NCBI GenBank assembly: GCA_965203295.1
Contig: CBDBCZ010000013.1
Coordinates: 416,001 to 480,000 of the forward strand
Length of the DNA stretch: 64,000 nucleotides
From: Nitrospirales bacterium
GTDB lineage: Bacteria; Nitrospirota; Nitrospiria; Nitrospirales; UBA8639
Direction: 5' to 3'
The notes under the pieces were generated by a model. That model was not told the DNA's origin, did not search any database, and saw only the letters and a list, made by a program, of their open reading frames with translations. Position numbers and translations under genes: made by a program. Shown piece after piece: positions 24,648 through 38,400 of this stretch (positions are counted from its first letter, which is position 1; every line of letters begins with the position of its first letter).

Positions 24648-26237
24648 GCCTCTGTGGAGCTTCCAGAGCTGGGCAAACATGCATCAGCAGCAGTAACTCC
24701 ACCATCAGCAACAGTAATTCCATTATGTAATTCACACTGATTTAACTTAGTGATCAATTTAAATACATGCCACATCACCCCTCTATTTTCTTAATCAACT
24801 GTACATGTTACAACATTTTCAATGCTCGTTATGTTTTAATCAGTCTCAACCTACATGTATACATGTAGATCTCACAAAACATTATTTAACCCCATTCTAA
24901 TGTGTTTCATTTATTAATTTTAACATGTATTGATTGACCATCAACTATCAAGTTTTCAAAACAGTGTGATTGGGCATATAGTGGATTTTAGTGATCTAAA
25001 ACACCATGGCATGTCATAATACTACGCATAAATATAATTACACTGTATAAGTTACAGGAAAATTCAGAGCAATATATAATAACGCAATGCCATACGTATA
25101 TGGAATGGAAAAGGGGTCAAAGTTGAGCTATCAAGTCATAGAGAAGTTTGTCTCAGAGGAGATAAGGCTTATGGGTGGGATTTACTTGAAGGCACTGTAT
25201 CCTGCAAATTGGGCACCTCAAATGCACTATATAGATAGAGAAGCGTAGAAGAGTGAAGGACGACCTATATCTGATCCATGCATGCGATGGTGTTGCTGTT
25301 TGGTTATATAGTTCCATTAAATTCAGAGCAGAGAGGTTTGCAGCCACAAGCTGTTGCAAGGATGACCTGGAGAAGTTCAAGTAGCAGTCTGAAACAGGAC
25401 CGTTCAATGTGACATTTGACATAATGTTGATCAAGTCAAAGTTTGACACGATTTGCTTGTATATTGTATGTGGATGTTTTAATCATGCATTTATAAGATG
25501 CCCACTTTGATGTTTCGCAAGGCACTTCTGACATTTGTATACACTATATATGCCTGCATGCATGTTGTAAATGAATGCTTACCTCTAAAGAGTCCATGAC
25601 CTTCAGCTAGTATGATGGACCAGCCCAGTGTTGTCCAGGTTTTTGTTCTGGTATCCTGCTATATGTCTCACTATAGTGGCGGACCCACTAATCCGTTTTG
25701 CGTTCTAAGCTTCTGCTCAAACGACCACTAGCTACCTCCCCACTGTTCAACTACTGCAATTTTGATCTGCAAAATAACTCAACTCTGAACAGACACATGG
25801 TACAAATATATTGGGGGACAAACTAAGACCTATACTTACAAAGATACGGACACATTTACATAGACAACATGATATCTTTAATTGTCACTATACTATACAC
25901 CGGTAACAAAACAACTAATAGCATTGTCACTTTAGCAATCGTGCATACATAGTGGCTCAATAAGGCCGTGCAAATTATAGAATACAGCTATATGCTACAG
26001 CATATGCACGTGCATAGTGAGGAACAAGGTAGTGAGTACAATCATAAAAGATGGTTCATATATACATCGGACAGAAAAAAAGCCTACAGTAACAGATACA
26101 GCTATGCTTATATATAATATAGTGAGTGTATAGATGCACATTTGTACAAAATAAAACTAACTAGGTAAAGTGCATGTCTTAGGAATACTATAGCAGTGAT
26201 GGTTTACTAACTAAGTCTATAAGTAGTTTTTCACTAT

Positions 26238-26479
26238 TTAGCTAGCTAGTTCCTGTAGGTGTTGCTTGAACTTGCTTAAAATTTTTCGACGATCAAACCC
26301 ATTAGCAATTCCAAAATCTTTCAAATCCTCGTCACATAAACTTAGCAAGAGGGCTCCATCCATGTCTCTCTCAATGAACTCTTCTTCATATTTCTGCATC
26401 TTCCATTTCCTCAAAAACTCCGCTACATCATAAACGCTGAGGCTTGCAGCCACTGCTTCAAGGGTCTCCTTTTCGGTTA
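26238..26479 (-). CDS. Terminal exon of the RNF213-like gene encoding a SAM (sterile alpha motif) domain
   Basis: LSVYDVAEFLRKWKMQKYEEEFIERDMDGALLLSLCDEDLKDFGIANGFDRRKILSKF is a clear SAM consensus; phase-1 splice from the preceding exon (..ATP|I TEKE..). Confidence 0.88.
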
Positions 26480-29400
26480 CTATTATAAGACAGCACAAAT
26501 AACACAAGTAAGAATTCTGTGCTGCCACTATGAACTAATTAGTTATTATCAACTTGCATATTCAACATCAAGTTATCAAATAAGTTATACTGTGATTAGA
26601 TAATTAGTGTAATGCTTAGATTTAACCTGACATAGGAACGTACTTGGTGTGGCCACAGCAACTTTGCGCTGCTTCACAATAGAAGCAGGCTGTGGTGTTT
26701 CTTCTGCAGAAGCTGCTGGTTTTTCCCCTGAATGAGTAAACAGATAGGTTTCATCATCCACATCTGTTATTTCTTCAAAGCCATATAGCTGTGTCTCAGG
26801 GTCAAACTGAAATAGATTACTGAATGGCATAGCAACATCCCTGAGATGCTTCAGCTTCTCTTCAGTCCACAAATCCGCGACAAACTCCACCCATTTCTTA
26901 GTTTGTACACCCTCAAGACTCCTGGCAGATATCAAACTCTGCACTTGGAACACTAGCCTGCATGGAAGGATAAGCAAACAACTGCCATAGTAATGTGTGT
27001 GTCTTCATCTGGACTGCACCATACGCACACCTTCTGAGAGCAATTCGAAGTGCTACATAGTGCTGGGACAGGACTGACTCTGGAATTGATCTGGCCAAAT
27101 GTTCTTCACCAAACAAAGACAGCTCCCTCAAGTAAATGATGATTGGTTTCTGAAAAGAAAGTAAGCAAGTATGCATGTGAACTCTTTAGCAGGAGTCGCA
27201 TGCACACCATGTGGCACCTACCTTCAAATTCTCATTAATGTGTTTCCTCAAGTGTGATTGTGAATGCACTAAAACATCAGTGAGAGACTGTAACTCTTGA
27301 AAGAGCACATCAGGATCTGTATTTCAAAGTCCAGAATGTGAATAACCATCTGTAACAAATGTTAAAGTTATATGTACCTGTGTACTCTGCCGGTAATTTG
27401 TCTAAAGTTTCTTCATCTGCAGGTTCCAAGTGTTTCTTCATACACAAAGGCAGATCATGGAAGTCATACACTCTGTCATTTATCCACTGAACAAACAGCT
27501 CAAGAGTGCAGTAGAGATAGGGGAGCTCCAATGAGACTATGCAGGAGAGCTGGGTTTGTGAAAGGCTATGAAGAAGGCATAAAATGATCAAAAACTGTAT
27601 ATAACCATACTAATTTTGAAGAATTAAAGCTGACCTCTTTATTCCAATGTCAGCTATTATTTCTTCTCTCTCCTTTGATTGCTCGCAGTTGAAAATATGA
27701 AGCAAAAAGTCAGGCAGTTGCATTTGTTTGAGCCGTTCCATACTGGTGTGCTCTACTTCAAGACTGATGCTCTAATAAGGTGAACATTATCATAAAATTC
27801 TCCAATAGCTATAGCACACGTTGCATTAAGGTGCAGTGTATACCTTGATCAGGTGCTCAGTTGCATTCCTCAAGCCTGTCACCACCTCAACCAGTCTATT
27901 GTAGTCAGCCGAGTGAAATTCACACTCAAAAGCTTTAATGTGTTCTCTGTCAAGCATGACCTAGAAAGAAAGTCCACACATCTACTCCTGTATACCTCAG
28001 TATATATACTATGTACATTCATGCAATAACATATAAGGATGCTTCTTACCCTAAATCCAGAATCTGGTGTGATATACTCTGAAATTACAGAAAGGTCGAG
28101 GTCAGCTCCACCCAACGATACGGTTTGAGATGCTTCTGCTCTGAATTTAAACGGTATTCGAACATGTTCAGGGGAATGTTCAATCTGAGGCTTCCCAGCC
28201 AGGTAGGCTCTGATAATATCCTTCTGCAATCTCGGTAGGTCAAACAACAGTTTTGGATCCTGAGTCTGTCCATCAATCGTTTGCAGGTGTCGGCTACGAA
28301 CCAGCTGCAGCTGCTCCTCTATACCATGGGTTCTAGCAGGGTAATATCATACAAAATATTAGCTATAGCTGAGGAAGATGTGCAGTATAGCCACTACTCA
28401 CCTTTGCACTTGCCCTATGATCATGTTTTGCTCATTTACTTCATTTGGATAAATGCGACTGTCCAGATTTTCAGGGAAGTACGGCCTCAAGTAAGTTCCA
28501 TTAGGGGATGTAACTGCATCGAAAATGCTCTGAAGAAAGCTATTGTGGAAGTTAATCTAGGCCAAGTTAGGGATGAGAGAACATCAATTATGGTGAACTT
28601 GCATGCATACAGCAATGAGGAACATACCATATCATTGATGACGATGTATAGCCAGTCGTTACCTTCACCTTCATTCTCAGTATCCGAGAGAAAGTGAAGG
28701 AATTTTGTATCATCTTTGATATAGTACAATCTGCCTTCCCTTTTGATGCTTGCACAGGCACCAGCACCAATAGAGCTACCAACCACCTCCACATACCGGT
28801 TGTAGCCAGCTAATTCAATAGTGGAATGATTAACAGTAAGTGCATGGGAGAAACATTATAAAACATAAAACTACCTTTCACTTTCTCATACAGTTGCAGG
28901 AGCTCAACTCCTTTCACATCATGCTTCTTGTATTCTCCGTCTGCCTTTTCAATTACATCCTGGATGGTATGGTTTTCTGCATACTTAAAAGTCACACGAT
29001 ATGCCAGTTCAATATGAATCCATCGGTAGAACTCCAACAGCTCTGGCAGCAGGGCCCCTGCAGTCTCCAAGCGGGGATACTCCAGAGCAAACTTTGAAAG
29101 AACAAATAGCTGATTTTTTGTATCGCTGACATTTGCCGATGATAACATGATTTGAAAAAACTCGTCCAGTGTGGGAAAGTGGGGATAGTGAACCTCTAAT
29201 TTGCTATGTGGACACAGTAGAGTTACAGCATGAATACTTGATTTTCTAATATAAAGAGCCATCACACCTACCTCACTTCTTTCAGCAAAGCATTGTTTTC
29301 CCAGAGTTTGCAGTGCTGAGCAAACTAATACAAAATGTAAGTATTAGTACAATATAAAACTAATGTATAGTCCCACAAAATACCTTTGTGTGGATATCCG

Positions 29401-32400
29401 TGTAGCCAGGAGTGAAAACATTTGCATGCCACATTGTTTCATAACTGTCCAGTTGTGTAAGATCACTAAATACACCCCGAGGCTGTGGGTGTCTGGTACA
29501 AATCTATAATAAGAAGGTGATAGTAGTGCACATTCTGTCCTTCACTTAAATGTACAACACCTACTCACCTCACAACCCCCCCCCCCCCCAAAAAAAAATG
29601 TAGTTACATTCATTCTCTTGGGTTTCTAATGTAATTTGGGTTATATTATTTATATAGTCTAGCATTTAATAACTGAAACTAAAAAAGTGTTTTAGTTGGA
29701 GTAAAAACAGTTAGTTAACTAAACTAAGACTGCAAGGGCACTTGCTTCTAAGAAAAAACCACAACAAAACTAATATTTTTTCACTAGAATTAACCCATTT
29801 AGTTATGGTTAACTAATACTAAAAGTGTTTTAGTAATCCTTTTTTCTTTTTAGTTAGCTAACTAAAACTAAAACTAAAACTTCGTTCATCCTTAGATTTT
29901 TGCTAAAACTAAATCTATTAATGTGAAGACATACTAAAACAACACTACTAGCATTGAACACAAAACACTACCAAGTTTTATTTCTTCAAACACACCTCAA
30001 GGAGATTGTGCATGCATCGCAATGTTAGGAAGGACTGCTCTTCAGGTGATATTTTCAGCTTGTTGCCCATGTGGAGCCACACACTGCGAAGCTGCATGAC
30101 ACAATAGTGGCGAATAGCTTGCCATTTTGAGATCACAGGGCCACTAATTCTTTGCTGGGCATCCGGCTGTGTCAGTAAGGCCATACAAAAGCTGCCAAAG
30201 TTGGCCCACAGGATGAAATAGAGGGAATGGAGACTGAGGGTGCCTCGGGTAGCATGTGGTAGATAATCTGGTCTGCCATATGTGCCATCACTAGACAATT
30301 CCACTCCACAGTCATACAAACGTCCCTCAGTAATTTTTCCTTCATACTGTAAAGTGTAGCACAAAATTGCACCTTATAATTACAGATCATATGGATGTAA
30401 ATAATGTACGAATGCTATAGTGGTAATCCATCTTGCTTGTAGTGAATACCGTATTTTAGTTATATGCGAAAAGCTGTATATACCAAATCAAAAATAGTGT
30501 AGGTAATAGATTGTATATGTCAGTAATAGAAATGGAGGATTTCTGACCATGAATCCAGTCATGTACGAGCCAAGAAGTTCATCTGCAGCAAACATGTGAT
30601 ACCATAAGTGGTTGGAACGGGGTTCACAAGCAAGCACGACAGCCACCATATTAACCACCGCATGGCACAGCTCAACATCAGATGGATCTGAAACAGAGTT
30701 TCATAATGAGGTTTGGCTTCAAAGCTACTGTAACATGGGCTGTATAGATATACCTTGCTTAGAGTTCGCTGGTGGGTTAAAGAGCTCAAATATTGGATCC
30801 TTCTTTTTCCCTCCTGTCTGTAATGGCAAAACTTGTAGGCTTTCGGTAAGCTCAAACTTTGTAGCATTTTCATCCATATTCGGAGGGGATTCTGGTTCTA
30901 TGATCATGTTGTTCTTGGGGCAGATGAAGCTCTGCAGTAGGCCAATGAACTCAGGCTCAAGAGTCCCTCTCAGACTGTTGTAAATTTCATCAGCCAACTT
31001 CTGAGAGTGGTTCTGAAAGATGAAAGGAAAATCACACAATGATGAACAAGCAAGAGACACAAGTACGAAGGTGTATAACCTCTTTGATGAGAAAGAATTT
31101 GTAGTATGCACAAAGCCAGATCAACATCCTGAAAGCATTCCTTTTGCTGATATCAATTTCATGGCCAGATACCGTAGTGAATTTCATTTTGTGGTCACTG
31201 TAGTATAAAAAAAATCAGTAAATATAGAGAGAGTAAAGTCATCTACAGAAAATATACCTGTCCTGTGCAAGTTTAAGTAGATCCTGAATGGAGCTCTGTA
31301 ATTGACTGCCTTCACTACAACTGATTTTAGTCATCACTTGGAAAATTTTCTGGTAGAGGCGACCTATTTCACTGGTCTGCTCTTGAAATGGTAGCAGGTG
31401 AACTCTAGCCTTTAGCTGTTTCTACAAGAAAACAAGACCACAAAACACAGAGAAAGGTATAGACCCTTACTTTATTAAAGTTAGGTGGTCCTAGCTAACC
31501 TTCACGAGTGATTGTAAACCTTTAGTGCACTCAACGGTTCTAACTGATGATGATGTAGGTGCACCCTCAGAAACGCTTTCCTCTTGAACGAACATCTCAA
31601 TCAGCTTCCTGGAGCTCTTCAGCTGTCTTTGAAGGTGTAAGGCTAGCACCAGACCATGTCCACTAACAGTGCTGCTGCTCCCACCGAAAGACTCATTGTT
31701 TAGTACTGCATTGACTTTTTGAATCAAATTAGCAGTGAAGAGCTGGAGAAATGATGTGTTTGACAACAATATTAGTGTCAACGATTTTTGACAAATTCAG
31801 TGGTAACCAACAACATGAAAAAACGCAAGACAGAATACCTAACTTTCATTAAACTATACACATACGTACTGATTACAATGTCATGTAAATACTAAGGAAA
31901 CTACCCTCCTCTATTAGCATTCTACCTGAAAGCTATCATATGATGTATCGGATCTCCATGTATCCTGCACATTTTCAATAGAGGATAGAGCCAAATATTT
32001 GAATTGTAGAAAATTTGGCTCTATTCTCTATCAAAAATGTGCACGGTAGGTGTGTTTCCTAACTAAGGACATGTAGTATATTTCATTTTGCACCCAGTGC
32101 TTGACACTTTCAGCTTCAAAAAAAGGTGTGCTTGGTGGAATTGGCATTTACATTCAATCGTGAGGGCTTTACCACTCTGCTGTACAAACGGCTTCCACTA
32201 CAGTCAAAACAGTGTGATTGCTCAAAATTTTGATGTTGAAGTCTTGTATATGAAGTGTTAATGCTTCACTGTAATAGAACCGTTATATTAGCATAAGTAT
32301 AAAAGGATTTTCCCCAACTTTTGTCGTTCAATGGTATACGGCTGGAAATAAGGATGCAGCAATTGATATTAGTACTTTAGTGACTACTTAAAAGAAATAT

Positions 32401-35400
32401 TCAAACTCACATTCTGTACTTTCTTGGGATTTTTTGGATCAAAGAACGCTGCCACTTGCTGAATGAGAACTTGAATAACTGCTTGTTTTTCAATACAACA
32501 AAGTACATATTCAGCTCTTGTATACTTAGATACCTCTTGCAGGGGCTGTAAGGAATGATTAATACATTTACTAGTCTCCTGGAGTAGGTACTGTTAAAGT
32601 GTAAGAAAATAGATAAAGTGTTCAAACATCTGAATCCAAGGAGAGCTACGTATATGGACATTCAATTAAACAGAAAGGATGAATTCAAGGTAATCTAGTA
32701 ATAATATTATGTTTGCTGTTTACAAGTCACTCAGTTCACAGTTGTACAGCTCATTTCATGCAATTAAGCGGAAATATCAATGCTGTATGTTCTAGCTAGT
32801 CCTACCTACGTATGTGAATACACTTGCCTTGGTAACCTTTTCTGCAAGTCTACATAGGTGAGTAGGAAGGTGTCCTTTCATCTGTAGATGCTCTAATACT
32901 GTCAAGAAGTAGATATGAGCTAACGGCTGCCGCATTAGGGAATTCTGTGGAAGAAAGTTACTGAAGATTGATATACAGAGAAATGCATCATTACAGGTCT
33001 CCTGCCTTACTCTTTCTCCGTGCTGGTAAAACGTGGGAATGTATGTGCCAGGAGAAGAATGATCTAGATTTGCAATGAGCATATCACCCACAATTTTACG
33101 TCTCTGAAATGAAAATAAAATAGTCTGAGATAGCTGCTAGCCTTCTGTTTGTTCTGAAACACATAAAGAATTCAAACTGACCTGGGGGTCGTGAAGTGAG
33201 AGCTCTGATGGTCTCTGTACGTATCAAGACAAACATCTGCTGTAAGCACACAAGGGTGAGATTACAATAATTTATTCTCAATTACCTGTGGGCTTGATTC
33301 TCCCAGAATTCTTGATAGATAGAACTTGAATACATTTATGGATGTACAGTTGAACAGAGGACTGGACTGGTCCTGGCACTGGTCAGAAACATGGCAAGCA
33401 GGGACTTGGCAAAAACGGTTGGCAAATTCTAGAAAGTAATAACAATCTTCCTCAGCTAGTGCAACCCGGTGTTTTGAGAAGAAGAATGCAAATAATCCCT
33501 CAATAAAGGATTGCCGACAATAGCTTTCACTCTCTTGCTCTGGTGAAAGAGTATCCAATGTTGCCAAGCCGGTACGCAATATTTCACATAATCTTGGAAC
33601 AGCTGCTTTACCCTACAGCAATAATATTAAAAGCAGTACTTTTTAGTAGCCAATCATACATTATAGTACGGTCTTACCTTGAAGCCCACTCCAAAGTACT
33701 TTGAGTGCAGTACTCTGAAGAACTGGTAACCTTGTTGTGATAATAATCTTGAGTCTAAGCAACTTTGCATCACGAGGTAGGTGGCATGCATGATATTCAG
33801 TTTGGTTTCTGCTTCTGGTTTAAGGTTGCTTAGTATATCACCTTCCAATGATGGCATTGTCATCTGCATGATATAGAGACATCAGTAGTACTAAAAATAT
33901 AACACATAGCTTATATGATATAGGTTCTTACAATATCATTGTAGCTCCTGTGCCACTGGCAGATCGTGTCATCGTCACCTTCTTTTAGTGAAGATATGGC
34001 AGTGAACAAGATATCTACTGTGTATACTCCTAGGGTTGGAGGCCTTTTAAGGACTGATTCCATTAAAGTTATTGATGTAACCAGTGCATCTGGTGACAAG
34101 CTCTGCATTTCTTGTTGCACTCTAGAAATGGGTCTCAATATTCTAGAGAGGTTCCCAAGATCCAACTGACCAACTTCTAGGCGAACATGGAGTGACACTA
34201 AACGAGCTAGGAAATCCTTTCCATCCATTAGCCCAAAGTAGGATTTTAGAATATCACTCGTTAGTGGAAGAACTTTTGATTCCAAGTGAAGTTTAAAATG
34301 GGCAAAGTCTTCAAAGTATCGCTTCCATATTTCTTGTGCAGTGTCATTTTTCATGGATGCAACCGCTACTTCCAGACAGGCCTTCTTATTCTGTAAAGAA
34401 GTAATGTGTATGCAATCAAATGTACGGCTCAATACAAACATATTATTTGCATGCATTAAAACTTACATGCTCAAGTGAATGTAGTCTTGACAACACAACT
34501 TCATTGTAAATTTTTTCCTTCTGCTGCTTTTCTGTCATTTGTGTCAAGCAGATGGAGGCAGTGACACTGCTTGCTTCAACTCTATATCCGGAGCTGTCCA
34601 AACTATTTAACCTCTGGCTCACTTCCTCTCTGCTTTCATCAATTACTTTTTCCACAGTATCGTATATGTAAATAAAAAAAGGAAACTTGGGACTGTAATC
34701 AACTTTATTTGGCTGATGCGTGGGTCTGAAGGTGGCACACAAGGACTGCAGTTGTGTTAAGTCTGGAACTCCAATTGTTGGCATAAGTTTTAGAAATAGA
34801 TCTTCCATAGCAGGAGGGCAATCGTGGTCAAGAATGATGCTCAGATAGAGTTGTTGGTTTGTCCTAGCAAACATGTATACTAGGTAATCAAAGAAAGTGG
34901 ATCTGACGATACTGTGAATGGAATCTGTGATGTTTAGTGTGGATTCCTGTGCAAACACCATTTTTGACACTCTTTGTATATATTCTACCATTACTTTAGG
35001 GGTCCAGTAGGAGCAAAATTTGGCTACAAGTAATTTGCTTAGTTTCTTCTCATACAAAAGTTGTTTAAGACATTGGGTTCTTTGATATGCATCCATTACA
35101 TTTGTGGTTCCATTCTGAAGAACAATAAATGACACTCTGGATGCGATTATCGGCACTGCCACTGCAAGAAGCTCTTCAAGAGCAGCAAACATGTGGTCAT
35201 CATCAGAATATTTGGGAAAGCATTGTGGAAAACAGGAGTAATAGAACCATTCCTTGACGTTTACCACAGCTTTTATTCCTTCAGTTGTGAGGGTACCACA
35301 TGCCACTGTATCAAGGTAATGATGCCCCCATCCTTGTAAGAACAGGGAAGGGTAGCAAGGGCTAAAGAACATCACTGGGGGAAAGTGTAGTAGAAGCACA

Positions 35401-38400
35401 AATAGTTTGTTTTTATTTAATTTCTTGTTCTCTGCTTCTTCAATCATAATGCGGAGATGGTTGATCATCTTTTTTGTAATCTCTTGCATGTTTGCAATCA
35501 GTAGCAGCACTTCGCAGTCAGAATTAACGAATCTGTACAGGAGTTTTTCCAGCTTGTGTCGGGAAAGTCCTAGGGAAATTTTGCACAGCATCAAGTGCTC
35601 TAGATCAGAATATACATACTTCTTCAGAGATTTATACTGTTGTGTGACTGATTTAGCAGAGAGAGCGCTGGGATACTCAGATGGAAGCTGATGAATAAAA
35701 GGAGATGAACGGGTAAAGCAGAGGAGTTTTGTTGGACACACTGAGCTGTTCCTGTAGTGAATAGAAATAAAAGTAAATTAGAAATGGTAAGCATGGGTAA
35801 CTAGAGTACATGAGTAGGTGAACTTTGTGCTGTACTTTAAGGGCATGCACGACCAGTGGTATATCTACCAACATACAGTGAGACTGGAATAGTTCATGGT
35901 ATGGAATATTAAGATACAAAGAATGCTGGAGTGCCACTGCAGCTTCAATCCCCAAAGTGAATCCAGTCATGTGTAGCTACAATAAACCACACTACACTCA
36001 TTGTAGAATGCGGCAAGTTATACTCTTTTAGCTTGATTGTTGTACTACCCAATTTATTCACAATGACTAATGCAATAATTATCATGAACTAACCAGCCAT
36101 TCCTCTTCAGCTGCACAAGTTGATTGTCCACCAGATCGATAAGACTGAAATGCTGCTGGGCCTTGAGATACTTCTGAATGTAGGCATTTGGAATACTACT
36201 ACAGTGAACCGCTAGTGCTTCAGGGGTCATCAGCTGCATCAGATGTGTGCAGAGGTAGCCCACAAGCCACTGCATCAGGACTGCAATTACCATTAGTGCA
36301 TCAGTGTAGATGTCAAAAGGTGTGTCTTTGTCAGTGGGCTCGGGACCACGGTGAAGCACAAGAAGAGCTTCATCTACCAATGCAGGTATAGTTTCCACTT
36401 TTATTTTTGCTATAACTTCCGTAAACTCTGGATCTTTCAAAACCATTTCATATACATGATTTGCATCAATTATCAGTTTCTCTTCTGAACACTATAAGGA
36501 AAGTGCAAAAGTAAGGTCGTTACAATTATTCAGAAGTACGCATTAGCTAACACGCACCAGGGGGAGGTGAAAACCACAATTCTGTTGAAGCATCTCCAGC
36601 AGAACTTTCAGTAGAAACGTTCTTGCATCAGACTGATCAACATCATCACTTAAATTGCCTCGTAGGTCCTGTAAGGGTTGATACTTATAGTTGACAGGTA
36701 GCATCGTGAGCAACAATGATTCCAGAGTTTCATTCGTATATCCATACAGTGAGGATGGCTTCACACAGGATACAAATTCAGCAGCCTGCATAGAAAAATT
36801 ACCACATTATGTTTTCACAAACAGTTAAAAGAAAGAGGGACTGACCTTGCTATATGCTGCTTCTATCATTATTCTGAGGCAAGGGGGCATTTTGCAGAGA
36901 GCATTTTGTAACAAACTCTTGTGTGTAAGGCAATATTTCTCAAAGCGATTGAGAAAAGGGGCAGGAGTGTTCTGGACTTCTGATTCCTTAATAACAATCA
37001 CACACTGAAAGTCAGGGTGTACTCGGCATGGCTTGGAATGAGCACCAATTGCAATGTTTGTGTAGTAGCAAGTGCCACGTTCTGGGTCTTCAATGCTACG
37101 AAATCTCTGATTGAAGAGGTCATAAAAGCATTCATGTATTTCATCAGTTTGGCACATCAAAATAGTGTGACCTGCTGCAACTGAGTGCCTGATCTGGGCA
37201 ATGGTATTAACCTGTAATAAATCAAATCACAAAAGTAGATTAATAATTTAAACAACACTTTTTTGAAAATGCAATATCTTACTTACCCTTAACTGTTCAT
37301 CTCCAGGAAAATCACTGCAAATGTACAGCCGTGTACTTTTCCTTTGAAAGACTTCATGTGTAAACAAAAGCCGCACCAGAGAATCGTCTTCACTTGGGTC
37401 AATAATGAGCTTGTATCGGACTTCACTCTGAATACTGTTGTGAATATCACCTCCTCTTGTGCTGCTATGATCCGCCAGACTGTCCTTGAGAATGTCAAGG
37501 ACACTCCTAGCATGGAGTTTCTCGATAGGTATCTAAAGAAATATTGAATACCACACAAATTTACATAATGTATCATTTATACTATAGAAGTAAAAACAAA
37601 ACTGTACCTTAAAAATGTGACACAACTCTTTGAATTCATTTGTTCCATTGAAGTTTCTTTCCAGAGCTTCAAGCACAAGCTGGTGACTCAAGAGCTCCTT
37701 CCGTTTGCAACGCAAATATGTCACAAAGTGAATAAAATCTCGTAAACCAAAAAGGCTTTGGAACCTGTTGTCACTCACTACAGTTTTATAGGAAAGACAA
37801 AAACTACGAACTTGTTCAGTATGAAGTTCTGACTGTGGTTGCCCAGCTGGAACTATGTTCTCTCTTGCAAGCTCACGAAGCTCTTCCTCTCTAGCCTTTG
37901 GTCTAAAGAGACTGACTGCTCGGTTAGTCTTAGCGGCATCAAGGACGTGATTGCTAATGGCTACAAAAGAAACCTCTTGTTTGTCCAGGTAATAGTGCAA
38001 AACTTTAAGAGATTCAAGTTTTTCCTCTGGTAGGCCAGCTTCATCCATGAATACCACACAGGATATTGGTAGCGGAATCTTTGCAAGACTTTGTTGCCGA
38101 TTGATTGCTCTTATGAAAACTTTGGCTACTTCTTTTGAAGTAGTTTGCCTGGAACATTGATAAAAATGAGGGTCAAGCGACTGAAAAATATCAGTATCTC
38201 GAAACACTGCATTCCTGGATTCTTTTCCTTTGAGATTGGCAATTGCAATGTTAAATGAAAGGGTCTTTGAGGAACCAGGATCCCCCACAATAATAAGAGG
38301 GGTATGGGTTACTGCACATGCAATAGTAACGAAAACATTTTCCTTAAGAGCTTCAGTTTTTACTATGTTGGGAGGAAGTTCAACTTGTTCAATAAACCAT

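Noticed and set aside
25153..25449. ORF containing CPICR, possible RING finger gene
   Set aside because: The upstream RING Cys/His ligands are missing and the paralogous segment at 19.8 kb has an in-frame stop; kept only as a decayed-repeat observation.
33262..33579. Cys-rich RNF213-like exon as a possible RING finger
   Set aside because: The Cys/His spacing does not fit C3HC4 or C3H2C3.
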